DNA of 64,000 nucleotides from an uncultured Lachnospiraceae bacterium (GTDB lineage Bacteria; Bacillota; Clostridia; Lachnospirales; Lachnospiraceae): NCBI GenBank assembly GCA_902775555.1, contig CACYMQ010000002.1, positions 42,794 to 106,793 of the forward strand, read 5' to 3'. Shown piece by piece: positions 20,323 to 29,241 of this stretch (position 1 is its first letter; each line of letters starts with the position of its first letter). The notes under the pieces were generated by a model. It saw only the letters and a program-made list of their open reading frames with translations, ran no database searches and was not told where the DNA came from. The position numbers and the translations under genes were made by a program.

Positions 20323-21183
20323 TTAAAGGTTTAACAAATTTCCAAGTTTCTGTCCTGTGCTGACGAAGCTTTCGCTTCCGTTCTTAAAGTCCTCCTTGTA
20401 GCGCTGCTGCCATACGGCCAGTGAATTCGGCCAGATCTCGGCATCCGCACACATGATGTTCAGATTGACCACCGCCCGTACCGGTTCACCCACCGGGTTG
20501 AACATGGTATATTCCGCACTGACACCCCTAAGAACCCCCGAATAGGAGACGCTGCCCCAATGGAATGTGATCAGTCTCGTATTCTCGTTTCGGAGCGCTC
20601 CGATCAGACCCTCCACATCCCTCTGTACGGAGGTCTTCTTTTTATTGTTTCCTGTCAGCAGGGCATTTGCGATCCCCTTCGCCACGTTGGTGGGCGCAAG
20701 GTTCGTCTTAGCCTCCATGAAAGCATCCTGCGGATCCATGGCATCGAACAGGAGATCCACCGACATACTGATGGTAGCCTTCGCATAGGCCTGGGATACA
20801 TCGTCCTTCGATCCCTCGATGGAGTTCATCTTTCGTACAAGTCCTCCGTTATGTCCGGACAGGGTCAGGCTGTTTGGATTGAACTGTACGGTAAATAGCT
20901 TCCGCCTGGACTCAAACTGCTTCAGATAGGCCGCGGTAAGCTGGGTTCCTTCCTTCAGACCTGCAAGTGTACCGACATAATCCATAAGCGTCCCCTTATT
21001 CATCAGGGCGCCTCCTCCCAGAGCGTTTCCGGCCATTCCTCCCAGGCCGCCCCCCTTGACGATCGCCACGGCATCCTGCTGTACGGCCTCACGCCCCCGA
21101 AGATCGATCACCTCCAGGATGGCCTTCTCCACATTTCCCATATTATTCATTAAGGATGAACCAACAGCGTCCATTACTCCCAT
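20323..21183 (-). CDS. CIS tube-initiator-like protein (Afp7/Pvc7-like, no LysM seen)
   Basis: VQFNPNSLTL…MSVDLLFD…ITFHWGSVSYSGVL…YTMFNPVGEPVRAVVNLNI. Confidence 0.75.
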   Translation of the reverse strand: MGVMDAVGSSLMNNMGNVEKAILEVIDLRGREAVQQDAVAIVKGGGLGGMAGNALGGGALMNKGTLMDYVGTLAGLKEGTQLTAAYLKQFESRRKLFTVQFNPNSLTLSGHNGGLVRKMNSIEGSKDDVSQAYAKATISMSVDLLFDAMDPQDAFMEAKTNLAPTNVAKGIANALLTGNNKKKTSVQRDVEGLIGALRNENTRLITFHWGSVSYSGVLRGVSAEYTMFNPVGEPVRAVVNLNIMCADAEIWPNSLAVWQQRYKEDFKNGSESFVSTGQKLGNLLNL

Positions 21184-21214
21184 AATCCGTTCCTTTCCGA
21201 TCTGCTGAAACCAG

Positions 21215-22087
21215 CTATAGTTTAAGATTCAGCAAGCTGTTATTCGTAAACTTATTGACCTTGTCCAGCAGGCTTCCTCCCGCTCCCGGAGCTTTAAAGG
21301 TTTCATCAAAGGCGTCATTCCAGTACTTTTTATCATATGCATATCTTGATCTCTCAGAAGGAGTCTCCACCTGATTCTTCGGACCCTGCCAGATCCGGAG
21401 CGCAATCTTCCCGCGGATCGGCTCTCCCTTTTTATTGAACATATTATAAAGAACCCGCGCCTCGGTCACCTCACCATGAAAACTCATATCTCCCCAGAAG
21501 AAGATCACCTGTGAAGCGGACGGAACCGAAAGCAGCGATAGCAGACCTTCGATCTGCCTCCTTACGGAATGTGTCTTGGTGAAGGCGGTCACGGTATTTG
21601 CAATATTGGATACCGTAAGTCCTGTCAGGGGATTGTCCGACAGCATGAAGGCGTCAATGTTGTTCACTTCGTCGAAAAGCAGTTCCATGCTGAGGGTCGT
21701 GGCAGGAGGTGCGATATGAAGGTTCATGTCCTGAAGACCGACATTTTCCTGAAAGTTTACCTGCATTCCTGCCGTTGTTTCCAGGTGGATGGAAGACGGA
21801 TTGTACTGAACCTCGAGCGCCATGTATTTATGGCCTTTTGCATCAGAGGAAATATCCTTAAATGTAGCGGCTTTTCCGCCATTCAGTGCTTTTTCCGCCC
21901 TGGCCAGCAGTTTTTCGTCCAGTCCAGTGATATCGAAATCGACGGTATCCGAACCTACCTCAAGGGCATCGATGGAATTATCATCCTCCTGATCGATCTT
22001 ACCCGGCATCCGGATGCATAAAACCGCCTTTACGATATTCCCGGTCAGACTTCCTGTTAAGTTTTGAACCGCTTTCCCGATTGACAT
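21215..22087 (-). CDS. Second CIS tube-initiator-like paralogue
   Basis: VQYNPSSIHL…LSMELLFD…VIFFWGDMSFHGEV…YNMFNKKGEPIRGKIAL; same motif set as 20323..21183. Confidence 0.75.
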   Translation of the reverse strand: MSIGKAVQNLTGSLTGNIVKAVLCIRMPGKIDQEDDNSIDALEVGSDTVDFDITGLDEKLLARAEKALNGGKAATFKDISSDAKGHKYMALEVQYNPSSIHLETTAGMQVNFQENVGLQDMNLHIAPPATTLSMELLFDEVNNIDAFMLSDNPLTGLTVSNIANTVTAFTKTHSVRRQIEGLLSLLSVPSASQVIFFWGDMSFHGEVTEARVLYNMFNKKGEPIRGKIALRIWQGPKNQVETPSERSRYAYDKKYWNDAFDETFKAPGAGGSLLDKVNKFTNNSLLNLKL

Positions 22088-22089
22088 AC

Positions 22090-25000
22090 TTAAATCCCCC
22101 GTCGGATCTTCTCATTCTTCAGCTTCTTTTCCAGCTTCTGCAATACCTGCTCGGAGATGGCTCCCATCTGCGACCTTACGCCTCTCGACACAATTGCTTC
22201 GATGTCCTCGGCTTCCTGTCGGCTTAAGGTTCTTTCGGCATTTGTCGTTACGGAATAGGTATTCCTCCGCTCTGTCTCAAGGATCTCCCGGCGTTGCTCC
22301 ATTTCTCTTCTCTGCCTGTTTTCGGACTGCCGGAAGCTCTCAAAGGCTTCCTCGATCTCTTCCTGTGTCATTACGGCATTCCGCCTGTAAACCAGTTCAC
22401 TGGAATCTATATCTTCCGGCACGGATACCGGTTCCGGCTGTCTCCTTGCGGCAGCCGTGATCCTCTGGATCTCCTCGGCCGCAGCCTCCACATTATTTCT
22501 CGTGATCCCTACCCGGCTGGTATCTGCCGTACCGTCCATGTACTGCTCGATGACACGGAAGATCTCCACATTATTCTCAGGGAAGATCCGTGTGATCTCC
22601 CGGAAGACCTCGCGCCTTTCCTGTTCCTGCTGATCTTCGGCGTTTCGAAGTTCGTCAAACAGTATCTGTTCCTGATCCATAAGGGACAGAGCTTCCTGCA
22701 TGGTACGCTCTTTCCCGCCGGTTTCCTTTTTGCCCGTACGGATATTCTGCAGTACCTGAAGCATCTTCTGATAACGTTCCACATTCTGAAGATTCATCTC
22801 GTTCATCTCGCGGATCGTATTCTCTATGGTGACCGCCTCTTCCGCATTTTCGGAAAATTCCTGCAGCTCCGTAAGGGATACATGCTCGATATTGCTTTCC
22901 CCGCCGGAGGTGAGATACGTCTCAGTGACAGGCGACTCCGCCTCTTCCACACGGATATTCAACCGGTTGAAAACATTCTCCGAGGAACGATACAGTGCAC
23001 CCCGGTATTCGATCCAGGTATCTCCACGTCCGATCCGGTCCGCACCCGCGTGGAACAGATTCTGAACCACCTCCAGAAGAACCGCTGCCGTAAGTCCGGA
23101 ACCGGTTTCCGACCTGCTCCGTTCCTGCATACGCAGTTCTCTTTCGTAGATATTCTCTCTTTGGAAATGCCGGTTTTCCCGAAGGATCTGTCCCGCTCCC
23201 TGCCTTTCGGCTTCTTCCTGCGTGGGGACCGTCTCCTGACGGTAGATCATTTCGGCACCTTCATGCTCCCGCCGGATCTCCCTTCCCGGGATCGCGGACG
23301 CCTGCCCGGTCCGGATGGTTTCCGTGCTTTCCCGTTCCGTCAGCCTTTCGGTACCGGATACGGTCTCTGTATGCTCCGTACGCAGCTGTTCTCTCTGCTG
23401 TTCCTCCCGAAGTTCGGATCGTACGGATGTGAGCAGTTCTTCTCTTTCTTCGGAACGGAGCCTCTCTCTTTCCAGGCGTTCCCGCTCTGACCTCTGTTCA
23501 ATCTCCCTGTCGATACGTTCGGTCACAGGCTGAGTGGAACCATCGGCTTTTGCTTCGGCTGTCTCCGGAGTTTCCGAAGTCTCGCGGTAGATCAGTTCGG
23601 AGCGTTCAAAGCTCCCGGCCGGCTGTGCCATTCCTTCGCCTTCGGGAAGGGATATGGCGCCTTCAGTCCTCAGCTGCTCCCTGACCTCGCTCCTTTGCTC
23701 CGTCCGTTCGGTCTCCTCAGTACGGGAGCTTTCTCTTTCTTTCTCCAGACGTTCTCTCTCTGTACGGTAGGTCCTTTCCAGGCGCTCTCCTTCCAGAAGC
23801 GTTTCCCGAAGGAGTTCCTCCGAAGCTTCACCCTCCCGGGTTACGGTTTCCGTCCGATACAGGATATCAGCGCTTTCCGGTTCCGTCCGAAGGATCTCCT
23901 TCCCCTCCGTTACGTACCGTTCCGTATGCTCCGTTGTCTGTTCCGGTCCGGAGGTTGAAAGAACCCTTTCGGTTTCTTCCCGGATACGCACCGTATCCCG
24001 TCCTACTGCCGTCTGTCCCGGAAGGACCGTTTCACTTCCTTCCCGGTATATGACCTCCGTCCGTTCGCTCCCTGTACCGCCTGCCTGACCGGTCACTTCC
24101 GCCGGCGCAGGCCCGGTCGTCCTCTCCGTCCGGAGTTCTTCGCGAAGCTCTGAGCGAACAGCAGAAACAACCGATTCAGAAATATGGCTTCTGTCGGTTT
24201 CCCTCTCCACATATTCCCGCCCGGTCATTCGTTCTCTTTCCGTTCGTTCCGTCTCACGGATCGTCTCGGAAAGACGGGCCTCCGCACCTTCCGGAGCGGC
24301 AGCTGCTGCCGCCTCCTCACGGTAGATCAGTTCGGATGACTCATGCTCAGTCCGAAGGACAGGCTGCTGTTCGGTTACATACCGGTCTGTATGATCTGTC
24401 CGTATCTCCTGTCCGGCCTGTTCCGTAATGCGAACGCTGTCCGGAGGGAGCTTCTCCGTATCTCTGCCGGGGATGGGGATCTCCGTATCCGGAAGGGATT
24501 CCTCCCTGCCTTCCCGGATCCGTGTCCCGGCCGTATCTGTCGGTTCTCTTTCTGTATCCTGAGCCGGCACCCCGGAGATCCTTTCGGAGGACTGTATGGT
24601 ATGTGTCGTCTCCCGAATCCCGGATCGGGTTCCCAGGACAGATCGCTCTGACTCTCTGCTTCGCTCTCTTTCCCGCTCCAGCCGCTCTCTCTCGGAAAGG
24701 ATCTCTCTTTCCAGCCGCTCCGACTCCCGAAGCGTATCCGTAAGTGTCCCGGCCGGTGTTTCCCCTTCTGCCGGTGTCTGCCCTTCCCTGTAGATCAGTT
24801 CTGACTCCGTATGCCCGGTGCGAAGGAACGGTTCCTGTTCGGTGACATACCGCTCCGTACGTTCCGTACGGGTCTTGGCTTCTCTTTCTTCGAGGATCCG
24901 AAGACGATCCTCCGTGATCGTTGTTGTATCTCTCCCGGGAAGCTGTTCCTCCCGAAGGATGCTCTCCTGCCGGTCCCGGATCACAGTCTCTTCACCTGTT

Positions 25001-27024
25001 GCAGGGGTACGCTCTGCAAAGACCGTTCCCTGATCCGGTGTTGCAGCTGCTTCTCTTTCCGTGCGGTAGAACTCACGGATCCGCTGCTCCAGCTCCGATA
25101 CCGTCTGTCTGGCCGTTTGGAGTCTGTCCCTCTCGATCGCCAGGCGTTCCCTGAGAATCTGTCTCTCTCTTTCAGGTCTTCCGGGTTCCTGTATCCGGAC
25201 GGTCTTTTGGCCTTCCTCACCTTCTTCGCTTTCCGAAGGTCTCTCCTCTCTAAGGACCATTTCAGTTGACTCGAAGGCTGTCCGTTCGGAGGGTTCCTGC
25301 CCGGACAGAATGGTTTCCGAACGTTCGGACCGAAGCACTGTCTCTGTACTTTCCGAAATCCGATCCCGTGTTTCAAGGACCGTTTCCGTATCTCTTCCGG
25401 GGATCCGTTCTGCAGGCGGGATCTCCCCGGCCTCCTCCCGGACCACGGTTTCTGTATGCTCCGTAACGGTTTCCCGTTCCGGCATTATAGGTGACTCAGG
25501 TTCTCCGGCGGCTGTCTCCTGTGTCTGCAGAGTCTCCCGAAGCTGCGTCTCCAGTTCCAGAACCGACTGCTCCGCCGTATGAAGGCGGTTTCTCTCAAGC
25601 TCCAGCCGTTCGCTTAGAACCTGCCGCTCTCTTTCCAGCCTTTCCCTCAGCGAAGCGGTTCCCGTGCCGGCAGTTTCAGTCTCTTCCTCCGATACCGAAG
25701 CCGGTTCTTCCCTGTAGACCAGTTCTGCGCCTTCCCGCTCGGTATGAAGGATGGTATCCTGTCCGGACGTATATCGCTCGGTGTGCTCTGTAACCCGTTC
25801 GGAGTCTCTTCCTCCGTAGACGGAGCTCTGTTCCGATCGGATCTCTTCTCTTAACCGGTCCCCGGAAACGGTATCCGGAAGGACCTGTCTTTCACCTGTC
25901 CCTTCGATCCGTGTCTCCGTCTCCCGTATCGTGGTGGTATCCTGCGTTCTTTCGGCTTCCGGCCGGTCCTGCTCCGGTACCTTAAGCGGCGGCTCTCCGG
26001 CATCCCGGATCGTCGTCTCTCTCTCCCCCTGCAGGAGTTCTGTACGGATGGTCTGATCGGTATATTCCTGACTGGTTTCTTCGCGGTGTACGATATCCGC
26101 GCCTTCCCGTTCCGTCCGAAGCTCTCTCTCCCTCTCACGAAGGATCTGTTCTGTGACGGAGGTTTCGGTACCTACCCGTTCGGTTGATTCAAAATGCTCC
26201 TCTCTCTGCCGTTCCTGCTGCAGAGCTTCGGGCTGACGGTATCCTTCACCGCCGACGGTCTCCTCCGGTCGATATCCGCTCCCTTCACCGCCTTCCCTGA
26301 AGACCAGCTCCGGTGTCTGCTGTACGACGGTATGCAGGATATTCTGTACCAGAAGCCTGCGTGCCACATTTTCCTGTACGGAGATCATACTTTCCTGAAA
26401 CTCGATCCGTGTATCATTCAGACTCTTGTTGAAATTGGCTACGATCTGGTAGATCGCACCCGTCTGGAGTCTGTGCATGATCCGCTCGCCGAGGATCTCT
26501 TCCCTGGAGGTCTCTGATTCATACAGTTCCCTCTCCACAAGCTCCTTCGTCAGCTCCAGCGTACGTTCCCGGAGTTCCCTGCTCTGTCCCTGAAAACGCA
26601 TTTCCAGATAGTTATCCACGAAATCCTGTTCCAGGTGGGATTCGTTGATCATCCTGCGGACTTCCTTCATGAACTTTCGGTCATCCCTGATCCCCAGCTT
26701 ATGAAGCGTATCCGTGATATAGGTCCTGTCCTGATAGGTCAGTTTCCCGTCCACGGAAAGCAGGATGCGGTTCAGCATGTTATTTACGATATTGAATTTT
26801 TCTTCGTTCCGGCTGGAAATGATGGTATTCCCGCCGATGGTGGTGGTCCCTTCCTCCATGAGATAGATCTCGGGAGGAGAACTTACCATATGCAATAATT
26901 CTTCTTCTCCGATCTCGAGGCCCATCAGAGCATAGTTCCCTGCTATCCTCTCTCCGAAGGCATCATATCCATGCATCAGATCTGTCCGTACCTTCAGCTC
27001 GATGGGAGACTTTATGATCATCAT
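22090..27024 (-). CDS. 1644-aa Glu/Arg/Thr-rich repetitive protein, tape-measure candidate
   Basis: Uninterrupted ORF overlapping the upstream stop. About 11 EL(I/V)YRE-like motifs and RERLERER coiled-coil blocks. Position between tube and hub genes. Confidence 0.7.
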   Translation of the reverse strand: MMIIKSPIELKVRTDLMHGYDAFGERIAGNYALMGLEIGEEELLHMVSSPPEIYLMEEGTTTIGGNTIISSRNEEKFNIVNNMLNRILLSVDGKLTYQDRTYITDTLHKLGIRDDRKFMKEVRRMINESHLEQDFVDNYLEMRFQGQSRELRERTLELTKELVERELYESETSREEILGERIMHRLQTGAIYQIVANFNKSLNDTRIEFQESMISVQENVARRLLVQNILHTVVQQTPELVFREGGEGSGYRPEETVGGEGYRQPEALQQERQREEHFESTERVGTETSVTEQILRERERELRTEREGADIVHREETSQEYTDQTIRTELLQGERETTIRDAGEPPLKVPEQDRPEAERTQDTTTIRETETRIEGTGERQVLPDTVSGDRLREEIRSEQSSVYGGRDSERVTEHTERYTSGQDTILHTEREGAELVYREEPASVSEEETETAGTGTASLRERLERERQVLSERLELERNRLHTAEQSVLELETQLRETLQTQETAAGEPESPIMPERETVTEHTETVVREEAGEIPPAERIPGRDTETVLETRDRISESTETVLRSERSETILSGQEPSERTAFESTEMVLREERPSESEEGEEGQKTVRIQEPGRPERERQILRERLAIERDRLQTARQTVSELEQRIREFYRTEREAAATPDQGTVFAERTPATGEETVIRDRQESILREEQLPGRDTTTITEDRLRILEEREAKTRTERTERYVTEQEPFLRTGHTESELIYREGQTPAEGETPAGTLTDTLRESERLEREILSERERLERERERSRESERSVLGTRSGIRETTHTIQSSERISGVPAQDTEREPTDTAGTRIREGREESLPDTEIPIPGRDTEKLPPDSVRITEQAGQEIRTDHTDRYVTEQQPVLRTEHESSELIYREEAAAAAAPEGAEARLSETIRETERTERERMTGREYVERETDRSHISESVVSAVRSELREELRTERTTGPAPAEVTGQAGGTGSERTEVIYREGSETVLPGQTAVGRDTVRIREETERVLSTSGPEQTTEHTERYVTEGKEILRTEPESADILYRTETVTREGEASEELLRETLLEGERLERTYRTERERLEKERESSRTEETERTEQRSEVREQLRTEGAISLPEGEGMAQPAGSFERSELIYRETSETPETAEAKADGSTQPVTERIDREIEQRSERERLERERLRSEEREELLTSVRSELREEQQREQLRTEHTETVSGTERLTERESTETIRTGQASAIPGREIRREHEGAEMIYRQETVPTQEEAERQGAGQILRENRHFQRENIYERELRMQERSRSETGSGLTAAVLLEVVQNLFHAGADRIGRGDTWIEYRGALYRSSENVFNRLNIRVEEAESPVTETYLTSGGESNIEHVSLTELQEFSENAEEAVTIENTIREMNEMNLQNVERYQKMLQVLQNIRTGKKETGGKERTMQEALSLMDQEQILFDELRNAEDQQEQERREVFREITRIFPENNVEIFRVIEQYMDGTADTSRVGITRNNVEAAAEEIQRITAAARRQPEPVSVPEDIDSSELVYRRNAVMTQEEIEEAFESFRQSENRQRREMEQRREILETERRNTYSVTTNAERTLSRQEAEDIEAIVSRGVRSQMGAISEQVLQKLEKKLKNEKIRRGI

Positions 27025-28358
27025 AATTCAGAAAGTGCCTGTGCCATAAGTGCTCTCCGCTTCGGGGGATATTTCACAGGTTCTGCCTTTTCATTGTTAT
27101 TTCGGTTTGCCATATGATCTACGCTTTTCCCGCCCTCATCGGAACCGGGATAGTTCCATTTACTGGGCTGTGCTGCTGTATTTACGCTCCGGTTGATCGT
27201 ATGATCTACACTGACATTTTCCTCATTGGTACCGGGGAAGTTCCATTTACTGGGTGGATTGGTGGTATTCCGGCTTCGGTTCAACAGATGGCTGTCGCCT
27301 TCTCCGATACTTTCAAATGTGAGATTCGGATTATTCTGAACCTCCCGCAGTCTCTCCGCGTCAATGGACTGCTGTTCCCGCGAACCCGGGAAGATCCACT
27401 TACTGGGCTCATTTACCGTATTCGTACTTCGGTTCAGGGTATGGCTGTCACCCTCACCGATGCTTTCGAATGTAAGATTCGGATTGTTCTGAACGGCATT
27501 CATTCTCTCTGCGTCGATCTGTCTTTGCTCAGAGGAGCCCGGGAAGACCCACTTGCTGGGCTGGTTCACCGTATTCTGACTGCGATTGGCCGTGTGACTT
27601 TGGCCGATCTCCTCCTGTTTCTTCTTAAGATCCGGGAAGAGCTGCTCAAGCATCCGGCTGATCGGCTTTTTCTTTTTCTCTTTTTCTTCTCTCTCTGCTT
27701 CGAGGTCCTGATATTCCCTTGATCCGGGATATACCCACTTGCTGGGCTTCGCTGCCGTATTCTTATTCCGGTTTCCGGTGTGTTCCTCACCTCCGCCCTT
27801 TACGGTTCCGTCATATTTCCACTTCTCACCCTTCTCCCAGCCGGCGCTGATCTGATTCATGGCCATAAGCTCGCGGTAGGCAATGGTGATGGTCTCCGTA
27901 TGAAGTCGGCTCTGCTCTGCGTTCAGTTCTCCGTATTCCTTTGCGATCACGGTGCAGCCGGTGAAAATGTAGGCTCTTGCGCAGTTTGTAAAACTGATAT
28001 TCTTATACCAGTCTCCGGCCGGGCTGCGGTTTACATAAAGAACCACCGGGAGCACAAGATCGGTTCCGAGTGACAGCGGATCCAGGAAGCCGGAATTCAG
28101 ATCAAAGAATCCCGCATCCGTTCCCACATACCGTTCCACCTGGAAGGTGAAGGGCTTGGTAATGGGTTTTCTCAGCATATGAACATAGTCATTCAGCCCT
28201 CCCTCCTGATAGTATTCAAACTCATTTTCCTTCGTGAATACATGTACGGAGCGAAGCGGAATGAAAAAAGCAGCCTCCACCTGCAGCGCAAAGGAATACG
28301 CTACAGCCGGATTCAGCTGAGAGTTCTTATGGGATCTGTCGTAATTTCCACCTGCCAT
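27021..28358 (-). CDS. Tube (T4 gp19-like) domain protein with C-terminal repeat extension
   Basis: N-terminal YSFALQV…EFEYYQEGGLNDYVHML…FTGC…TITIAYREL; C-terminal H..NRS.NT…PSKW.(Y/F)PG repeats. Confidence 0.8.
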   Translation of the reverse strand: MAGGNYDRSHKNSQLNPAVAYSFALQVEAAFFIPLRSVHVFTKENEFEYYQEGGLNDYVHMLRKPITKPFTFQVERYVGTDAGFFDLNSGFLDPLSLGTDLVLPVVLYVNRSPAGDWYKNISFTNCARAYIFTGCTVIAKEYGELNAEQSRLHTETITIAYRELMAMNQISAGWEKGEKWKYDGTVKGGGEEHTGNRNKNTAAKPSKWVYPGSREYQDLEAEREEKEKKKKPISRMLEQLFPDLKKKQEEIGQSHTANRSQNTVNQPSKWVFPGSSEQRQIDAERMNAVQNNPNLTFESIGEGDSHTLNRSTNTVNEPSKWIFPGSREQQSIDAERLREVQNNPNLTFESIGEGDSHLLNRSRNTTNPPSKWNFPGTNEENVSVDHTINRSVNTAAQPSKWNYPGSDEGGKSVDHMANRNNNEKAEPVKYPPKRRALMAQALSEL

Positions 28359-28377
28359 ATCGGGGTCCTCTTTGTTC

Positions 28378-28557
28378 CTAGTTCATCAAAAATCTTCCGG
28401 GCTGCATCTCAGTGATGCTCTTTTCTTTCTTTTCTTTGGAGGGATTCAGTTCCCTGTTAATACCGGATATCTCCTTGCACCATTTTCTCCGTTCTCTGTG
28501 TTCCAGCTGTAGGACAGATTCCTCACCCCAGTGAAAATAGTATGAGATAAACGCCAT
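28378..28557 (-). CDS. DUF6760-like small protein (59 aa from ATG); probable 'T' part of a G/GT chaperone fusion
   Basis: Translated by hand, below the track cut-off: MAFISYYFHWGEESVLQLEHRERRKWCKEISGINRELN…, stop TAG at 28378. The frame is open upstream to the slippery site at 28611. Confidence 0.8.
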   Translation of the reverse strand: MAFISYYFHWGEESVLQLEHRERRKWCKEISGINRELNPSKEKKEKSITEMQPGRFLMN

Positions 28558-28589
28558 TTCCTTATATAACTCTTCCTCCGGATAGAGCC

Positions 28590-28952
28590 TTATCCCTCCC
28601 CGGTAAAATTTAGCGGCACCTCAAAGGCCTTGCCGCAATCGGGGCAGACTGCCGTAAGTGTCGGCGGTTCCACATCATTGATCCGCTGGTACATATCCTG
28701 CAGAAAGGCCAGGTCCGCCGTAAAGAGCTTTTCGATCACCGTCGCGGATATACCCTGTACACCTTCCAGCTCGGTGATCACACGACTGAGGATCACGATG
28801 GTCAGATAGGACGGGTTCTGTAATACACGCGGATCCCTGGTAGCGGAGATCTCATCTCCCGCCGTTGCCAGCCGCATCTTGCCTCTCCTGTGTACTTCTC
28901 CGTTGGAATCGATATATCCCTTCGGTAATGTGAATTCATAGATCGTCTGCAT
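28590..28952 (-). CDS. Tail assembly chaperone (gpG-like)
   Basis: FTLPKGYIDSNGEVHRRGKMRLATAGDEI…LFTADLAFLQDMYQRIN…CPDC; directly follows the tube gene. Confidence 0.82.
   Translation of the reverse strand: MQTIYEFTLPKGYIDSNGEVHRRGKMRLATAGDEISATRDPRVLQNPSYLTIVILSRVITELEGVQGISATVIEKLFTADLAFLQDMYQRINDVEPPTLTAVCPDCGKAFEVPLNFTGEG
28605..28611 (-). other. Candidate -1 programmed ribosomal frameshift heptamer A_AAT_TTT
   Basis: Correctly phased X_XXY_YYZ heptamer (CTA AAT TTT), four sense codons before the chaperone stop; the -1 frame runs open into 28378..28557. Confidence 0.6.
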
Positions 28953-29030
28953 ATTAACCTCCTCTTACGCGGATTTATGATCTTTCTGGCATATGTCACT
29001 ATGCTTTTTGTAAGATGCATGACCCCGGGG

Positions 29031-29241
29031 GCCATGCACCCTGAAACAGCATACTGAGGGGCCACCTCTCCTCTCACGCTTCGCGTTCGAGTCGATGTGA
29101 CGGCTGCGCCTGCCATGGATCACCTCTCCTCTCGCGCTTCGCGTTCGAGTCGATGTGACGGCTGCGCCGTATACATCTTCTTCGATATACCTGCGCATAC
29201 GAGCAAGCTCGTGCGCAGGATATCTCGAAGATGTGCATGGC
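29031..29241. repeat. Multi-hairpin REP/MITE-like element, copy A (core 29112-29241, plus a 48-bp internal duplication at 29063-29110 and 29121-29168)
   Basis: Terminal inverted repeat GCCATGCAC…GTGCATGGC; several hairpins; homologous to 58010-58134. Confidence 0.8.

Noticed and set aside
29063-29168. CRISPR array (two 48-bp direct repeats)
   Set aside because: Only two copies separated by 10 bp, no spacer-like spacing, no cas genes; part of the hairpin element instead.
28802-29198. Minus-strand ORFs 28802..29116 and 28965..29198
   Set aside because: They span the hairpin repeat and overlap the chaperone out of frame; low-complexity translations.
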